A DNA stretch of 64,000 nucleotides from an uncultured Actinomycetes bacterium (lineage in GTDB: Bacteria; Actinomycetota; Acidimicrobiia; Spongiisociales; ZC4RG35). The stretch lies in NCBI GenBank assembly GCA_963730285.1, contig CAVSQY010000001.1, forward strand, positions 140 to 64,139, read 5' to 3'. Shown here one piece after another: positions 48,969 through 59,147 of this stretch. The first letter of the stretch is position 1, and each line of letters begins with the position of its first letter. Under the pieces are notes generated by a model. That model was not told the DNA's origin and searched no databases. It saw only the letters and a program-made list of their open reading frames with translations. The position numbers and the translations under genes are program-made.

Positions 48969-49750
48969 CCTCGAGGCTGGCATTCGCCGGAGATCGCCAA
49001 GTGGCGGTGGATTGCCTCGCCTTCCTCCTGGACAACGGTGTCGAGCCTCTCGCACTTCTCGTCTCGTCCGACAAGAGACAGAGTCACGCAGCCGCCCTGC
49101 GGGAGATGTCCCAACTCTCCCCCCAACATGTCCTGACCGGCACCGAATTTCGACAACCGGAAGGGGTCGAGCTGCTGAAGAGCATGAATCTCGACTACAT
49201 CATCGGGATCCATTTCCCCTATGTCTTCCCCAATGAGCTCCTCGAAGTGCCCCGGATCGGCGTCCTCAACCTCCACCCGGCGCTCCTCCCCTTCAATCGC
49301 GGATGGCACACCCCGAGTTGGGCGATCCTCGATGGGACGCCGATTGGGGCAACACTTCATTTCATGGACGAGAAGGTCGACACGGGCGACATCGTCGCCC
49401 AAGCCCAGTTGGAGGTACTCCCAGGGGACACTGCCAACACCCTGTACCAACGGCTCCTCCGGCTCGAGGTAGACCTGTTCGCGGCGAGTTGGCCGTTACT
49501 CGCCTCGGGTGACCCGCCTCACACCCGACAATCGATCGAGGAAGGCACGAGCCATGACCGATCGGAGTTGGGAACGGACGGGATTCGCCGATTGAACATG
49601 ACTGAGACGACCGAGGTCGGCCAACTGCTCCGGCGACTCCGGGCTTTGACGACCAACGATATCTCGGAGGCTGCCTACTTCGAGGAGGATGGCAGGCGAT
49701 ACCTGGTTCGGGTCGAGATCGTGCCTGATGAGAGCGGCCCCGACAGCTAG
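48965..49750 (+). CDS. sugar N-formyltransferase (Formyl_trans_N family)
   Basis: GIHFPYVFPNELLEVPRIGVLNLHPALLPFNRGWH carries the HxSLLPxxRG-type catalytic motif. ATGA overlaps the upstream gene. Confidence 0.8.
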   Translation: MTSRLAFAGDRQVAVDCLAFLLDNGVEPLALLVSSDKRQSHAAALREMSQLSPQHVLTGTEFRQPEGVELLKSMNLDYIIGIHFPYVFPNELLEVPRIGVLNLHPALLPFNRGWHTPSWAILDGTPIGATLHFMDEKVDTGDIVAQAQLEVLPGDTANTLYQRLLRLEVDLFAASWPLLASGDPPHTRQSIEEGTSHDRSELGTDGIRRLNMTETTEVGQLLRRLRALTTNDISEAAYFEEDGRRYLVRVEIVPDESGPDS

Positions 49751-50910
49751 CTCGGGCCCCAACGCGTTACCAGTGCGGGGTAGAGGTCTTTGGCAGCTGC
49801 GATGTCTGCATAAGTTCGCATCACCTTCTCGACGATCACTCGCTCGTCGAAATTGGCCTGTGCGATCTTGACGGATGCCTCTGCCATCGTCGCCCTCAGG
49901 GAAGGATCATCGACGAGTTGCGATAGCGCGCCACCGAGGGCATCGACGTCGCGAACCGGGAAGAGGAACCCATTGACCCCGTTCTCCACCACCTGACGGC
50001 ATCCCCTTATATCACTGGCGACAACGGGCAAACCGGAGGCCGCCGCTTCCATGGCCGCCCGTGGGAAGCCCTCCCTATGGCTGGGTAGGACGAACACATC
50101 AAGTGCCTGATAGATACGGTCCACATCCTGACGCATGCCCAAGAGGCGCACCCCCCGTGCCTCGGCCCGGCGCAAGAGCTCCTCTGACACGGCGTCAGGC
50201 TTGTCCGGATCCTTCGGGCCGACGATGAAGACCACGCTCGTCGCGTCAAGCCGCTCTGACGCCATGATCAGCTCCGGCACTCCTTTCTCCTCGACCAGCC
50301 TCGCAACCAGCCCTATCGCTACCTGATCGGGCGCCAAACCCAGCTCGTGTCGAACTTCTCGTCTCACTTCGGGCGAAGCCTTGAACCGGGCCAGATCGAC
50401 CCCGTTCCCGAGAAGCCTGAGCTTTCGCCTCGGCATGATCCGCCATCTATGGAGCAGAGCGAAGTCTTCGGGACTTTGCACCAATTCGGCATCAGAGAAG
50501 CGAGAAGCGATCCACTCCAGGGTGTACACCACCGCACGCTTCCACCAAGGGGAGTCCTCGGTGGCGTAGAGACCGTGAACCGTGTTGACCACGATCGGGA
50601 CGCCGGCAAGTCGACCCAAGATCCGCCCATAGACACCCGGCTTCGGGTTGTGGGTGTGGAGGATGTCGGGTCTCTCGTCGCGGAGTACTCTCCAAAGCTG
50701 ACGCACGGCCCGAATGTCGGCGAGGATGTCCATTCCGCGAGTCGACGACTCCAGCGGGACGTGCCGGATGCCCCTGCTTTCCAGGTCGACCACGAAATCC
50801 CCTGGAGCGCTTATTCCAATCGACTCACCCAGGTCCTCAGCCGCCTCCAACTGCGGAAGTAGGAGGTAGCGGAGACTCATGTCGACCGTGGTCAGGTGTG
50901 CGATCTTCAA
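49747..50910 (-). CDS. glycosyltransferase family 4
   Basis: MKIAHLTTVD ... REGFPRAAMEAAASGLPVV. Confidence 0.8.
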   Translation of the reverse strand: MKIAHLTTVDMSLRYLLLPQLEAAEDLGESIGISAPGDFVVDLESRGIRHVPLESSTRGMDILADIRAVRQLWRVLRDERPDILHTHNPKPGVYGRILGRLAGVPIVVNTVHGLYATEDSPWWKRAVVYTLEWIASRFSDAELVQSPEDFALLHRWRIMPRRKLRLLGNGVDLARFKASPEVRREVRHELGLAPDQVAIGLVARLVEEKGVPELIMASERLDATSVVFIVGPKDPDKPDAVSEELLRRAEARGVRLLGMRQDVDRIYQALDVFVLPSHREGFPRAAMEAAASGLPVVASDIRGCRQVVENGVNGFLFPVRDVDALGGALSQLVDDPSLRATMAEASVKIAQANFDERVIVEKVMRTYADIAAAKDLYPALVTRWGPS

Positions 50911-51986
50911 CGGATCGAGCCCCTGAGGAGAGTGTCATAACGATCGAGAGCGGTGTCCATGGTGAAGTCACGCAGGGCTCGCTGCTTTGCCTCGTGGCCC
51001 ATCTCAGCCACTCGGGCGCGATCGACGACCGCCTCCTTCAACGCGTGAATGAGGGCCGACTCATCATTGGGCTGAAAGAGAGCACCCGAGACACCGTCGA
51101 CCACCACTTCACGGGTCCCGCCGACATCACTGGCCACGGACATCACCCCTGCAGCGGCCGCTTCCATCAGTCCACCAGGCAGTCCTTCGGTCAGAGATGT
51201 CTGCACGATCACATCAGCCCAAGCGAGCTGTGGCCGAACATCGGGTAGGGACCCCACAAAGGTCACCCGGTCTTCCACAGCTCTCCGACGGGTCTCCATC
51301 CGCAAAGTCTCGCCTAGCGGGCCGGAGCCGACGAATCGCATCTCGATATCGGGAAGGGCGACCACTGCCGACAATGCCAACATCGGGTTCTTCTCCGAGC
51401 TCAAGCTTCCGATGAAGCCAACCCGGAGCCGGTCTCCCCTGACATCGCGTTTCACCTCGAAGAACTCGGCAGGGACTCCGGTTCGTGCCACGTCGATCCT
51501 CCCGGTCAGGCGCGGCTGCAGCTCGAGCAATTGACGTCGTGTCTCGCCGGAAACCGTCAGAACTTGGTCCATCCTCGTCAGCAAGAACCTGTTGATGCGA
51601 CGCGACGAGGCCGAGTGGATCCAATAGAGCGGCTCGCCGATCGCGTTGTAGACCGAAGTGGTGCCCGGTGGCGTTCCGGCAAGCGCGCAATACCTCAGTG
51701 TTGCCCCACCATTGGCGAGTACCACGTCGACCGCTCGCTTCCTCAGCCGTTTGCGCAGCGCGAGGGCGATCCCTGGATCGAACCTACTTAGACGGCCAGA
51801 GCTCAGACTCTCCACCTCTAACCCGTTCTCCACCACAGCAGCGAGTGCCAGGACCTCCACGGCCCATCCGCGCTCCCCCAAGCCCTCTCGCAATCGATCC
51901 GCAAGCACCTCGGCGCCCCGACGCTGGTTGGTGGCGATCACGATCAGAAGCCGTGTCGCGTCCCTGTCATTTGCCCCCGTTGCCAC
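50907..51986 (-). CDS. glycosyltransferase family 4
   Basis: TEGLPGGLMEAAAAGVMSV motif with GT-B architecture. Confidence 0.8.
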   Translation of the reverse strand: MATGANDRDATRLLIVIATNQRRGAEVLADRLREGLGERGWAVEVLALAAVVENGLEVESLSSGRLSRFDPGIALALRKRLRKRAVDVVLANGGATLRYCALAGTPPGTTSVYNAIGEPLYWIHSASSRRINRFLLTRMDQVLTVSGETRRQLLELQPRLTGRIDVARTGVPAEFFEVKRDVRGDRLRVGFIGSLSSEKNPMLALSAVVALPDIEMRFVGSGPLGETLRMETRRRAVEDRVTFVGSLPDVRPQLAWADVIVQTSLTEGLPGGLMEAAAAGVMSVASDVGGTREVVVDGVSGALFQPNDESALIHALKEAVVDRARVAEMGHEAKQRALRDFTMDTALDRYDTLLRGSIR

Positions 51987-52137
51987 CGGGTCAGGATGGC
52001 CGATGTTGGCTCCTGGTCAAGTCGGGGCTCGAGGAAATGCGAAGGATTCGGGGCAAAGGGGAATATTTGACGCTTCAACTACCTTCCTTCGGGGTGCAAG
52101 TAGTTGACAGTTCAAGGATTTCGAAGGAGGAAACCCA

Positions 52138-52701
52138 ATGACATCTACCCGCACAGCACAAAGCACCCGTGTGCCGACGACCGGTACTTGGGAGATAGAC
52201 CCCGCTCACAGCGACCTCAGGATCACTGCGCGCCACCTCATGGTGACCAAGGTCCGCGGGACGTTCGGCGAGATCTCCGGAACGATCGAAGTTGCCCAAG
52301 ACCCCACCGATTCGGCCGTCAGCGTGGTGGCGCAGGCCGCATCGGTGACCACCGGCGCGTCTGACCGCGACAACCATCTCCGCTCCCCCGACTTTCTCGA
52401 TGCCGAGCGCTATCCCGAGGTGACGTTTCGATCCACGGACGTGCGCCAAGATGGCGAGAGGTGGTCGTTGACCGGCGACCTCACCATCCGCGATGTCACG
52501 AGACCCGTCACATTCGCCCTCACCTTCGAAGGGATGGCAGCGGATCCGTTCGGCAACACCAAGGCAGCATTCACCGCTGTCGGCGAGATCGACCGCGAGG
52601 AGTGGGGTCTGAGCTGGAATGTGCCCTTGGAAGGTGGAGGTGTCTTGGTCTCCAAGAGGCTCCAGGTCGAGTTCGACGTCCAGGGCATCTTGGCCGGTTG
52701 A
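52138..52701 (+). CDS. YceI family protein
   Basis: WEIDPAHSDLRITARHLMVTKVRGTF is the YceI lipid-binding beta-barrel signature. Confidence 0.85.
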   Translation: MTSTRTAQSTRVPTTGTWEIDPAHSDLRITARHLMVTKVRGTFGEISGTIEVAQDPTDSAVSVVAQAASVTTGASDRDNHLRSPDFLDAERYPEVTFRSTDVRQDGERWSLTGDLTIRDVTRPVTFALTFEGMAADPFGNTKAAFTAVGEIDREEWGLSWNVPLEGGGVLVSKRLQVEFDVQGILAG

Positions 52702-52723
52702 CCAAACCGCGATGACATGAGCT

Positions 52724-52746
52724 GGGCCCGGCCATCGACCGGGCCC
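52724..52746 (+). terminator. GC-rich hairpin after the yceI-like gene (weak U tail)
   Basis: GGGCCCGG-CCAUCGA-CCGGGCCC followed by UUCUCC. Confidence 0.4.
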
Positions 52747-52846
52747 TTCTCCATGACCCAACGGACCTTGTGACGGTCGAGGGTTCCCCCAACACCTCCT
52801 AGTCTCCACCGCGCCGGCCGTGCCCCACGGTCGACGGGAGGAAGAC

Positions 52847-53332
52847 ATGGCTCAAACACAGAAGAGATTCAGGTCGGAGGTAGGCCATGTGCACGGTGCT
52901 TTTGGCTCCGACTTGTTCGGTCGCCGCGCAGAGGCCTTCGCCCGTTTCTTCGGGACGCCGCGATTCCTGATCGGGCAAACCATCCTCGTCGGAGTTTGGA
53001 TCGCCGTCAACGCTGCCGCCGTGGCGCTGAGATGGGACCCATACCCGTTCATCCTCCTCAACCTCGCCTTCTCTCTCCAAGCTGCCTATGCCGCTCCTCT
53101 CATCCTCTTGGCGCAGACCCGTCAGGCTGACCGCGACAAGAGCCTCAGCGAGGCCGACATGCAGCATCGTGAGGATCTGGCCAAGGCCGCTCTCGAGCGA
53201 CAGGAGATTGCCGCAACGCAAACCCGTCGCATGCATGAGCTACTGGAGGCAAACACCCGCCTCACGGAGAAGGTGGAGCAAATGACCGTCGAGATCCACC
53301 ATCGGGTCGTGGCAACCGGCCACGGCGCCTAG
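52847..53332 (+). CDS. DUF1003 domain membrane protein
   Basis: GTPRFLIGQTILVGVWIAVN ... two TM segments and a C-terminal coiled coil. The start is set at the internal Met. Confidence 0.6.
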   Translation: MAQTQKRFRSEVGHVHGAFGSDLFGRRAEAFARFFGTPRFLIGQTILVGVWIAVNAAAVALRWDPYPFILLNLAFSLQAAYAAPLILLAQTRQADRDKSLSEADMQHREDLAKAALERQEIAATQTRRMHELLEANTRLTEKVEQMTVEIHHRVVATGHGA

Positions 53333-53333
53333 C

Positions 53334-53367
53334 GGATATGTCCAAGGGGGGACGACCCCCCATATCC
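53334..53367. terminator. GC hairpin between convergent DUF1003 gene and glmS
   Basis: GGAUAUG...GGGGGG-ACGA-CCCCCC...CAUAUCC with no clear U tract. Confidence 0.4.
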
Positions 53368-53372
53368 CTCAG

Positions 53373-55199
53373 TCACTCGACCGTCACCGTCTTGGCGAGA
53401 TTCCTCGGCTTGTCGACATCCAAGCCCTTGGCGGTAGCCACGTAATAGGCCAGGAGCTGAAGCGGGATGACAGCGGTCACGGTGCAGAGGAGGTCAGGCC
53501 CGGCAGGGACCCGTATGACATGATCGGCCACCGTTCCCACGTCGGAGCCTTCTTCCGCCACGAGGACGATGGTCGCCCCCCGTGCCTTCATCTCCTCCAT
53601 GTTGGACAAGGTCTTGGAGCGGACGTGGCTGTCGGTGGCCACACCTACCACCACCACACCCGGCTCGACGAGCGCAATCGGGCCGTGCTTCATCTCACCG
53701 GCGGCATAGCCCTCGGCGCGGACGTAGGCGATCTCTTTGAGCTTGAGGGCTCCCTCCATGGCCACCGCGAAGTCACCCGAGCGCCCCAAGAAGAAGAAAT
53801 CGCGGGTCGCGGCGCAGAGATCGGCCACCTCCCTCACCTCGTCTGACTTTCCGAGAACCTTCTCGACGAGCTCGGGAAGTCTCATCATCTCCTTCACCTG
53901 CAGCTCGATGGCACCAGGGTCCATGGCGCCGCGAACCTGTGCCAGATGAAGACCAAGGAGTTGCATGGCGATCAATTGGGTGGTGAACGTCTTGGTAGCG
54001 GCAACGCCGATCTCAGGGCCGGCTCGTGTGTACAGGACGGCATCAGACTCACGGGCCAGGGCCGATTCGACGACATTTGACACACCAATGACCCGAGAGC
54101 CCTGGGCCCTGGCATACCGGGTGGCGGCCAGGGTGTCGATGGTCTCGCCCGATTGGCTGATCCCTATCACCAGAGAGCGGTCGTCGAGGACCGGATCCCG
54201 ATATCGGAACTCGGAGGCGATGTCGATCTCGACGGGAAGGCGGGTCCAGCGCTCGATGGCGTATTTGGCCATCATCGCCGCATGGAACGAGGTCCCACAC
54301 GCCACCACGAAGACCTTGTCGACATCGCGCAGGGATTGCGGCGAGACGCCCAACTCATCCAGGGTGACCCGCCCGGGATGCTCGACCCTCCCGGTGAGAG
54401 TGTCGGCGATGGCGTGTGGCTGTTCGAAGATCTCCTTGAGCATGAAGGTCGGATAACCGCCTCGCTCTGCTGCTTCGAGGTCCCACTCCACCGTTCGCCG
54501 ATCGGGGACGACGGCGTTGCCATCGAGGTCGGTGACCCGCACCGCGTCAGCTCGAACCTCGACGATTCGGTCGTCATCGACCACCAGCATGTCGCGGGTG
54601 TGCTCTAGGAAGGCAGGGATGTCCGAAGCCAGGAAGTTCTCCCCGACCCCGGTTCCGACCACGAGAGGGGAGCCACGTCTGGCGCCGACCAGCAGACCAG
54701 GCTCGGAACGTCTCATCACCACCAGGGCCATCGCACCATCGCCGACATTCATGACTGTGCGAACCGCATCGGCCAAAGGGAGATCGGACATCTCCTCGAT
54801 CATGTGGGCAACGACCTCGGTGTCGGTGTCACTCTCGAACTCGTGCCCCGACTCGACCAGCTTGGCCTTGAGCTCACCCCAATTCTCCAGAATCCCGTTG
54901 TGAACTACCACCACATCCCTGGTGCAGTCCAAATGGGGATGGGCGTTGTCGGTGTTCGGAGCGCCATGAGTCGCCCAGCGTGTGTGACCGATGCCCGTAT
55001 GGGAGTCCCCCGGGGGCTCGCGATCGACCAGACGCTGGAGGTCGGAGATCCTCCCGGCCTGCTTTAGAACGGTCAACGAGTCACCGTGGTTGAGGGCAAC
55101 CCCGGCCGAGTCATAACCTCGATATTCCAATCTGGCCAGACCCGGCATGAGAACGTCGATGACCTGACGCGGGCCGACGTAGCCGACTATTCCGCACAT
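53373..55199 (-). CDS. glmS: glutamine--fructose-6-phosphate aminotransferase
   Basis: MCGIVGYVG N-terminal nucleophile, two SIS domains and the C-terminal ...VTVE. Confidence 0.97.
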   Translation of the reverse strand: MCGIVGYVGPRQVIDVLMPGLARLEYRGYDSAGVALNHGDSLTVLKQAGRISDLQRLVDREPPGDSHTGIGHTRWATHGAPNTDNAHPHLDCTRDVVVVHNGILENWGELKAKLVESGHEFESDTDTEVVAHMIEEMSDLPLADAVRTVMNVGDGAMALVVMRRSEPGLLVGARRGSPLVVGTGVGENFLASDIPAFLEHTRDMLVVDDDRIVEVRADAVRVTDLDGNAVVPDRRTVEWDLEAAERGGYPTFMLKEIFEQPHAIADTLTGRVEHPGRVTLDELGVSPQSLRDVDKVFVVACGTSFHAAMMAKYAIERWTRLPVEIDIASEFRYRDPVLDDRSLVIGISQSGETIDTLAATRYARAQGSRVIGVSNVVESALARESDAVLYTRAGPEIGVAATKTFTTQLIAMQLLGLHLAQVRGAMDPGAIELQVKEMMRLPELVEKVLGKSDEVREVADLCAATRDFFFLGRSGDFAVAMEGALKLKEIAYVRAEGYAAGEMKHGPIALVEPGVVVVGVATDSHVRSKTLSNMEEMKARGATIVLVAEEGSDVGTVADHVIRVPAGPDLLCTVTAVIPLQLLAYYVATAKGLDVDKPRNLAKTVTVE

Positions 55200-55289
55200 G
55201 TTTCAATCCTTTCGGTGCCGGGACAACCCTCAAATGATGATTCGGCTATCCCGTGGTGAATCTGGAACAGGCGCGTGCGATGGGGCCGA

Positions 55290-55440
55290 AAATGGCACTC
55301 ATGGGACCGAGTCTCTGTTCCGGTGTCGCCACCGGGCTTTTCCACGCTCCTGTCGACCTGAGCAGGCCGGGAAGGCATCCGCCGAATGTTTCGATGACCT
55401 TCCTCCTCGTCACCTCGCCCACGGGCGAGGCCTGGCGCTT
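55290..55440 (-). ncRNA. glmS ribozyme (GlcN6P-responsive self-cleaving riboswitch)
   Basis: The minus strand reads AAGCGCCAGGCCUCGCCCGUGGGCGAGGUGACGAGGAGGAAGGUCAUCGAAACAUUCGGCGGAUGCCUUCCCGGCCUG... This aligns with the Bacillus glmS ribozyme core AAGCGCCAGAACUGGCAGGCGCCUGCAGACGAGGUGGAGGGAAGGAUCGAACGAUCGGCGGAUGCCUCCCGGCUG. It lies in the 270-nt glmM-glmS spacer. Confidence 0.75.
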
Positions 55441-55471
55441 GTGTGATATCGCACGCTTTCTCGGGTCTCGG

Positions 55472-56824
55472 TCAAACCTCCCTCATCGACGACTCTGTCA
55501 CTCTCGACAGCAGATCAGCGTAGTGCCTGGCGGACTCTTGGCTAGCGGCTTCCACCATTATGCGAATCAAGGGCTCGGTTCCCGAGGCCCTGACCAGGAC
55601 CCGCCCCTCTTCGCCAAGCTCTTCCTCCACTGCGCTCACTTCGTCCCAAAGTTCAGCCGCCGCCTCCAGGCTGGCCCCCCGCGCCACGCGAACGTTCTGA
55701 AGGATCTGGGGGTATTCGGTGATCGACTCTGCCCTCAGTTGGCGCAGCTCCTTGCCAGTGCCGGCGACCACATCGAGTAGCCGGACCGCGGTGAGAAGCC
55801 CGTCCCCGGTCTGGCCCTTGTCCAGGAAGATGATGTGGCCCGACTGCTCACCGCCGAGAACACCGCCACACTCCTGCAACGCCTCCATGACATACCTGTC
55901 GCCCACGTTGGCCTCGATCAGGTCGATACCTGCTTCGGCCATCGACTTCCTGAGACCGAGGTTGGACATCACGGTTGCGACCAATACGTTCTCATCCAGG
56001 GTGCCCTGGTCCTTCATGTGCCGGGCGACTATCGCCATGATCACGTCGCCGTTGGCCACCCGACCGTCCTCGTCGATTGTGATCAACCGGTCGGCATCGC
56101 CGTCGAAACAAAGACCGATCCGACCGCCGGCAATCTTCGCCAGCATCTCGGGATGGGTTGCGCCACATCCGGCGTTGATGTTGGTCCCGTCCGGACCATC
56201 GAAATGCGCCACGTAGTCGGCCTTCAGACGTTGAAAGAGGAGCGGCGCGGCCTGGTAGGAAGCGCCGTTGGCGCAGTCGAGGGCGATACTGAGGCCGCTG
56301 AGCGTGTACCGCGACACGTCGACCAGGTGTCCCAGGTATTTGTCCATGGCCCCGGCATCGACAAAGCGGGTCCCGATGTCCGGGCCAACGACCGACCTCG
56401 ACCCCGTGGATCGCAGTCGATCCTCCAAGTCGCGTTCGACTCCGTCAGGGAGCTTGGTCCCCCTCGAGCCCAGCAGCTTGATGCCGTTGTCCTCCGCGGG
56501 GTTGTGAGAGGCCGAGACGATGGCACCCATGGTGGCGCCACTGGTCGCGGTCAAATAGCTGATACCCCCGCTGGGAAGCACGCCGACGTCGACGGTGTCG
56601 ACCCCAACCGCGTGGAATCCGGCCTGGAGTGCCGAAGAGAGCATCTCACCGGACCGACGGGTGTCCCTGCCAACCAGGACCGGGCCGTGGTCGAGATACG
56701 AGCCTGCGGCGCGGCCCAATGCCATGGCGAGCTCGGGTGTCAGATCCGAGCCGGCAGCTCCGCGGACACCATCGGTGCCGAAGATGGGCTTCCCATCGTC
56801 GAGAAGACGACGGAGGTCAGACAT
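55472..56824 (-). CDS. glmM: phosphoglucosamine mutase
   Basis: FGTDGVRG N-terminal motif and an active-site Ser region (SASHNPAEDNGIK). Confidence 0.9.
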   Translation of the reverse strand: MSDLRRLLDDGKPIFGTDGVRGAAGSDLTPELAMALGRAAGSYLDHGPVLVGRDTRRSGEMLSSALQAGFHAVGVDTVDVGVLPSGGISYLTATSGATMGAIVSASHNPAEDNGIKLLGSRGTKLPDGVERDLEDRLRSTGSRSVVGPDIGTRFVDAGAMDKYLGHLVDVSRYTLSGLSIALDCANGASYQAAPLLFQRLKADYVAHFDGPDGTNINAGCGATHPEMLAKIAGGRIGLCFDGDADRLITIDEDGRVANGDVIMAIVARHMKDQGTLDENVLVATVMSNLGLRKSMAEAGIDLIEANVGDRYVMEALQECGGVLGGEQSGHIIFLDKGQTGDGLLTAVRLLDVVAGTGKELRQLRAESITEYPQILQNVRVARGASLEAAAELWDEVSAVEEELGEEGRVLVRASGTEPLIRIMVEAASQESARHYADLLSRVTESSMREV

Positions 56825-56991
56825 GAGGAGTCCGCTGGACGGTGCCGTTGCCCAGATTGGCGGCCAGGCGCGCCAGTCGCAAGGCCGATGTTTCGCCACT
56901 CCTCGGGCCGGAATGGCGGGGCCGAGAACGCTGTGAGTGGTGATGCATGGTCGTCAAGATGGGTGACATGCACCGTTCAACGGGCTCCTGG

Positions 56992-57384
56992 CTACCGCTT
57001 CGTGTATTGAGGTGCGCGACGCGCCTTGCGCAACCCGTACTTCTTGCGTTCGACCACCCTGGCATCACGGGTTAGAAGGCCGGCCTTCTTCAATGTCGGA
57101 CGGAGCTCTTCGTCGAGCACGATCAGGGCCCTCGCGATTCCCAACCGAAGGGCGTCGACCTGGCCCGTTGTGCCTCCACCAGACAGTGTGGCCTCGACGT
57201 CATAGCGACCTTGGGTCTGTGTGATCTGGAGTGGTTCCATGACCCGAATTCTCGAAGCCATGGTCGGGAAATAGTCCTCGAGTTGACGGCCGTTCAATTT
57301 CACCTGACCCGAGCCGTCTCGGAGACGCACCCGTGCAACGGATGCCTTGCGACGGCCAGTGGCCTGTACGAGTGGCTTGGCCAT
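56992..57384 (-). CDS. rpsI: 30S ribosomal protein S9
   Basis: 130 aa ending KKYGLRKARRAPQYTKR. Confidence 0.95.
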   Translation of the reverse strand: MAKPLVQATGRRKASVARVRLRDGSGQVKLNGRQLEDYFPTMASRIRVMEPLQITQTQGRYDVEATLSGGGTTGQVDALRLGIARALIVLDEELRPTLKKAGLLTRDARVVERKKYGLRKARRAPQYTKR

Positions 57385-57833
57385 CAGATCTCCACCTTTC
57401 GAATGTCCAACTCCAAGGGCTCAGGTTTCTGGGCGACATGGGGATGGTCGGGCCCCGCATACACCTTGAGCTTCGTGGCCATCTTCCTACCGAGCTTGTT
57501 CTTGGGCAACATGCCGCGCACCGCGCGCTCGACGATCGCCTCGGGTCTGCGCTCACGAAGGCTCTCGAATGTCTCTGCCTTGATCCCCCCGGGGAAACCG
57601 GAGTGCCGGTAGTAGATCTTGCTCTGGCTCTTATCGGACGTAACGGCGACCTTCTCTGCGTTGATGACGATGACGAAGTCGCCGCCGTCGACATGGGGCG
57701 CATAAGTCGGCTTGTGCTTGCCGCGCAGCAAGAGCGCAACCTCGGATGCGAGTCTCCCCAGAGGCAGGTCGGTGGCATCGACCAGCAGCCAAGAATGCTC
57801 GATGTCGCCCGGCTTGGGCGAATATGTCTTGTT
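57384..57833 (-). CDS. rplM: 50S ribosomal protein L13
   Basis: [21 protein letters not shown]... canonical L13. Confidence 0.95.
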   Translation of the reverse strand, partial: NKTYSPKPGDIEHSWLLVDATDLPLGRLASEVALLLRGKHKPTYAPHVDGGDFVIVINAEKVAVTSDKSQSKIYYRHSGFPGGIKAETFESLRERRPEAIVERAVRGMLPKNKLGRKMATKLKVYAGPDHPHVAQKPEPLELDIRKVEI

Positions 57834-57947
57834 CATAGTCATTGAGTAACCCTCGGCAGGTTGAAGCACCGGGGAGCGTTTGGGGAAACGACTCCCGATA
57901 TGGGAGTCTTCATATGCTACGCCGACGGCAGATTCTAGGCCAATCCG

Positions 57948-59147
57948 ATGATCACAATCAGCGACGTCAAGGATGCGAGAGACCGATTCGCCGGGGACGT
58001 GACCGAGACGCCCCTCGTCTGGTCCCAGTCCTTCAGCCGTCTCACCGGACGGGACGTCTACCTAAAGGCCGAGTGCATGCAACGGGCCGGGTCGTTCAAG
58101 ATCCGGGGCGCGCTCAACGTTCTGACCAGGCTCAAAGGAGAGCCCGTGGTGGCGGCCTCGGCGGGAAACCACGCACAGGGCGTGGCCCTGGCCGCAGCCT
58201 TCACCGGATCTCCGTGCACGGTGTTCATGCCTGAGACCGCACCCATACCCAAAGTCAAAGCCACCGAGGACTACGGGGCCAACGTGCAACTCGTGGGTCT
58301 GTCCTTGGCCGATGCGGTCGATGCGGCTCGCGATTATGCAAATGAGAGCGGCGCCCATTTCGTCCACCCTTATGACGATCCCCTGGTGATCGCCGGTCAG
58401 GGGACGCTGGGGCTCGAGCTGATGGATCAGATGCCGGACGTGGGGACTGTGGTCATCCCCACCGGGGGCGGGGGGCTGCTTGCCGGAGCCGCTCTTGCCA
58501 TCAAATCGACCAGACCCGAGGTGAGCGTGATCGGGGTCGAGATCGAGCCGGCGTCGGTTTATGCAGAGAGCAGGCGGCGGGGCACCCTCGTCCATGACTA
58601 CCCGCGCGGGCTACCCACCGTCGCAGACGGGATCGCCGTCTCGGTTCCCTCCGAATTGGTGTGGGAGATCACACAGCAGCATGTCGACGACATCCTCGTT
58701 GTCAACGATGCCCAGGCCACCGCCGCCCTCGCCTACATCCTCGATCGCTCGAAGATCCTGGTCGAACCGGCGGGGGCCGTCGGAGTGGCGGCATTATTGG
58801 AGAAGATGATCCCCGACGATGCGAGAGACCCGATATGCGTCGTCTTGTCCGGTGGCAACATCGACCTGATGCTGCTGGGCAAGGCCGTTCGCCATGGCCT
58901 GGAGGCATCCGGTCGTTTCGCCAAATACGTGGTCAGGGTCCCCGATCAACCGGGCAACCTGGCTCAGGTGCTCCAGGCAATTGCCGACGGGGGAGCCAAC
59001 GTGCTTTCGGTCCAGCACCGGCGTGAAGGCTTTGGGCTTCCGTTCGGGATGGTCGAGATCGAAATCGCCGTGGAGACACGAGACGCCGATCATGCCGCTC
59101 GGATAGCCGCCACGCTCCATCCCTACCGAGTCCACGCCCCGGAATGA
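57948..59147 (+). CDS. ilvA: threonine ammonia-lyase (threonine dehydratase) with C-terminal ACT-like domain
   Basis: PLP lysine motif SFKIRGA and a Gly-rich loop GGGGL. Confidence 0.9.
   Translation: MITISDVKDARDRFAGDVTETPLVWSQSFSRLTGRDVYLKAECMQRAGSFKIRGALNVLTRLKGEPVVAASAGNHAQGVALAAAFTGSPCTVFMPETAPIPKVKATEDYGANVQLVGLSLADAVDAARDYANESGAHFVHPYDDPLVIAGQGTLGLELMDQMPDVGTVVIPTGGGGLLAGAALAIKSTRPEVSVIGVEIEPASVYAESRRRGTLVHDYPRGLPTVADGIAVSVPSELVWEITQQHVDDILVVNDAQATAALAYILDRSKILVEPAGAVGVAALLEKMIPDDARDPICVVLSGGNIDLMLLGKAVRHGLEASGRFAKYVVRVPDQPGNLAQVLQAIADGGANVLSVQHRREGFGLPFGMVEIEIAVETRDADHAARIAATLHPYRVHAPE

Noticed and set aside
55835-57010. 391-aa plus-strand ORF
   Set aside because: It is antisense to glmM and to the rpsI 3' end. 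It is an artefact.
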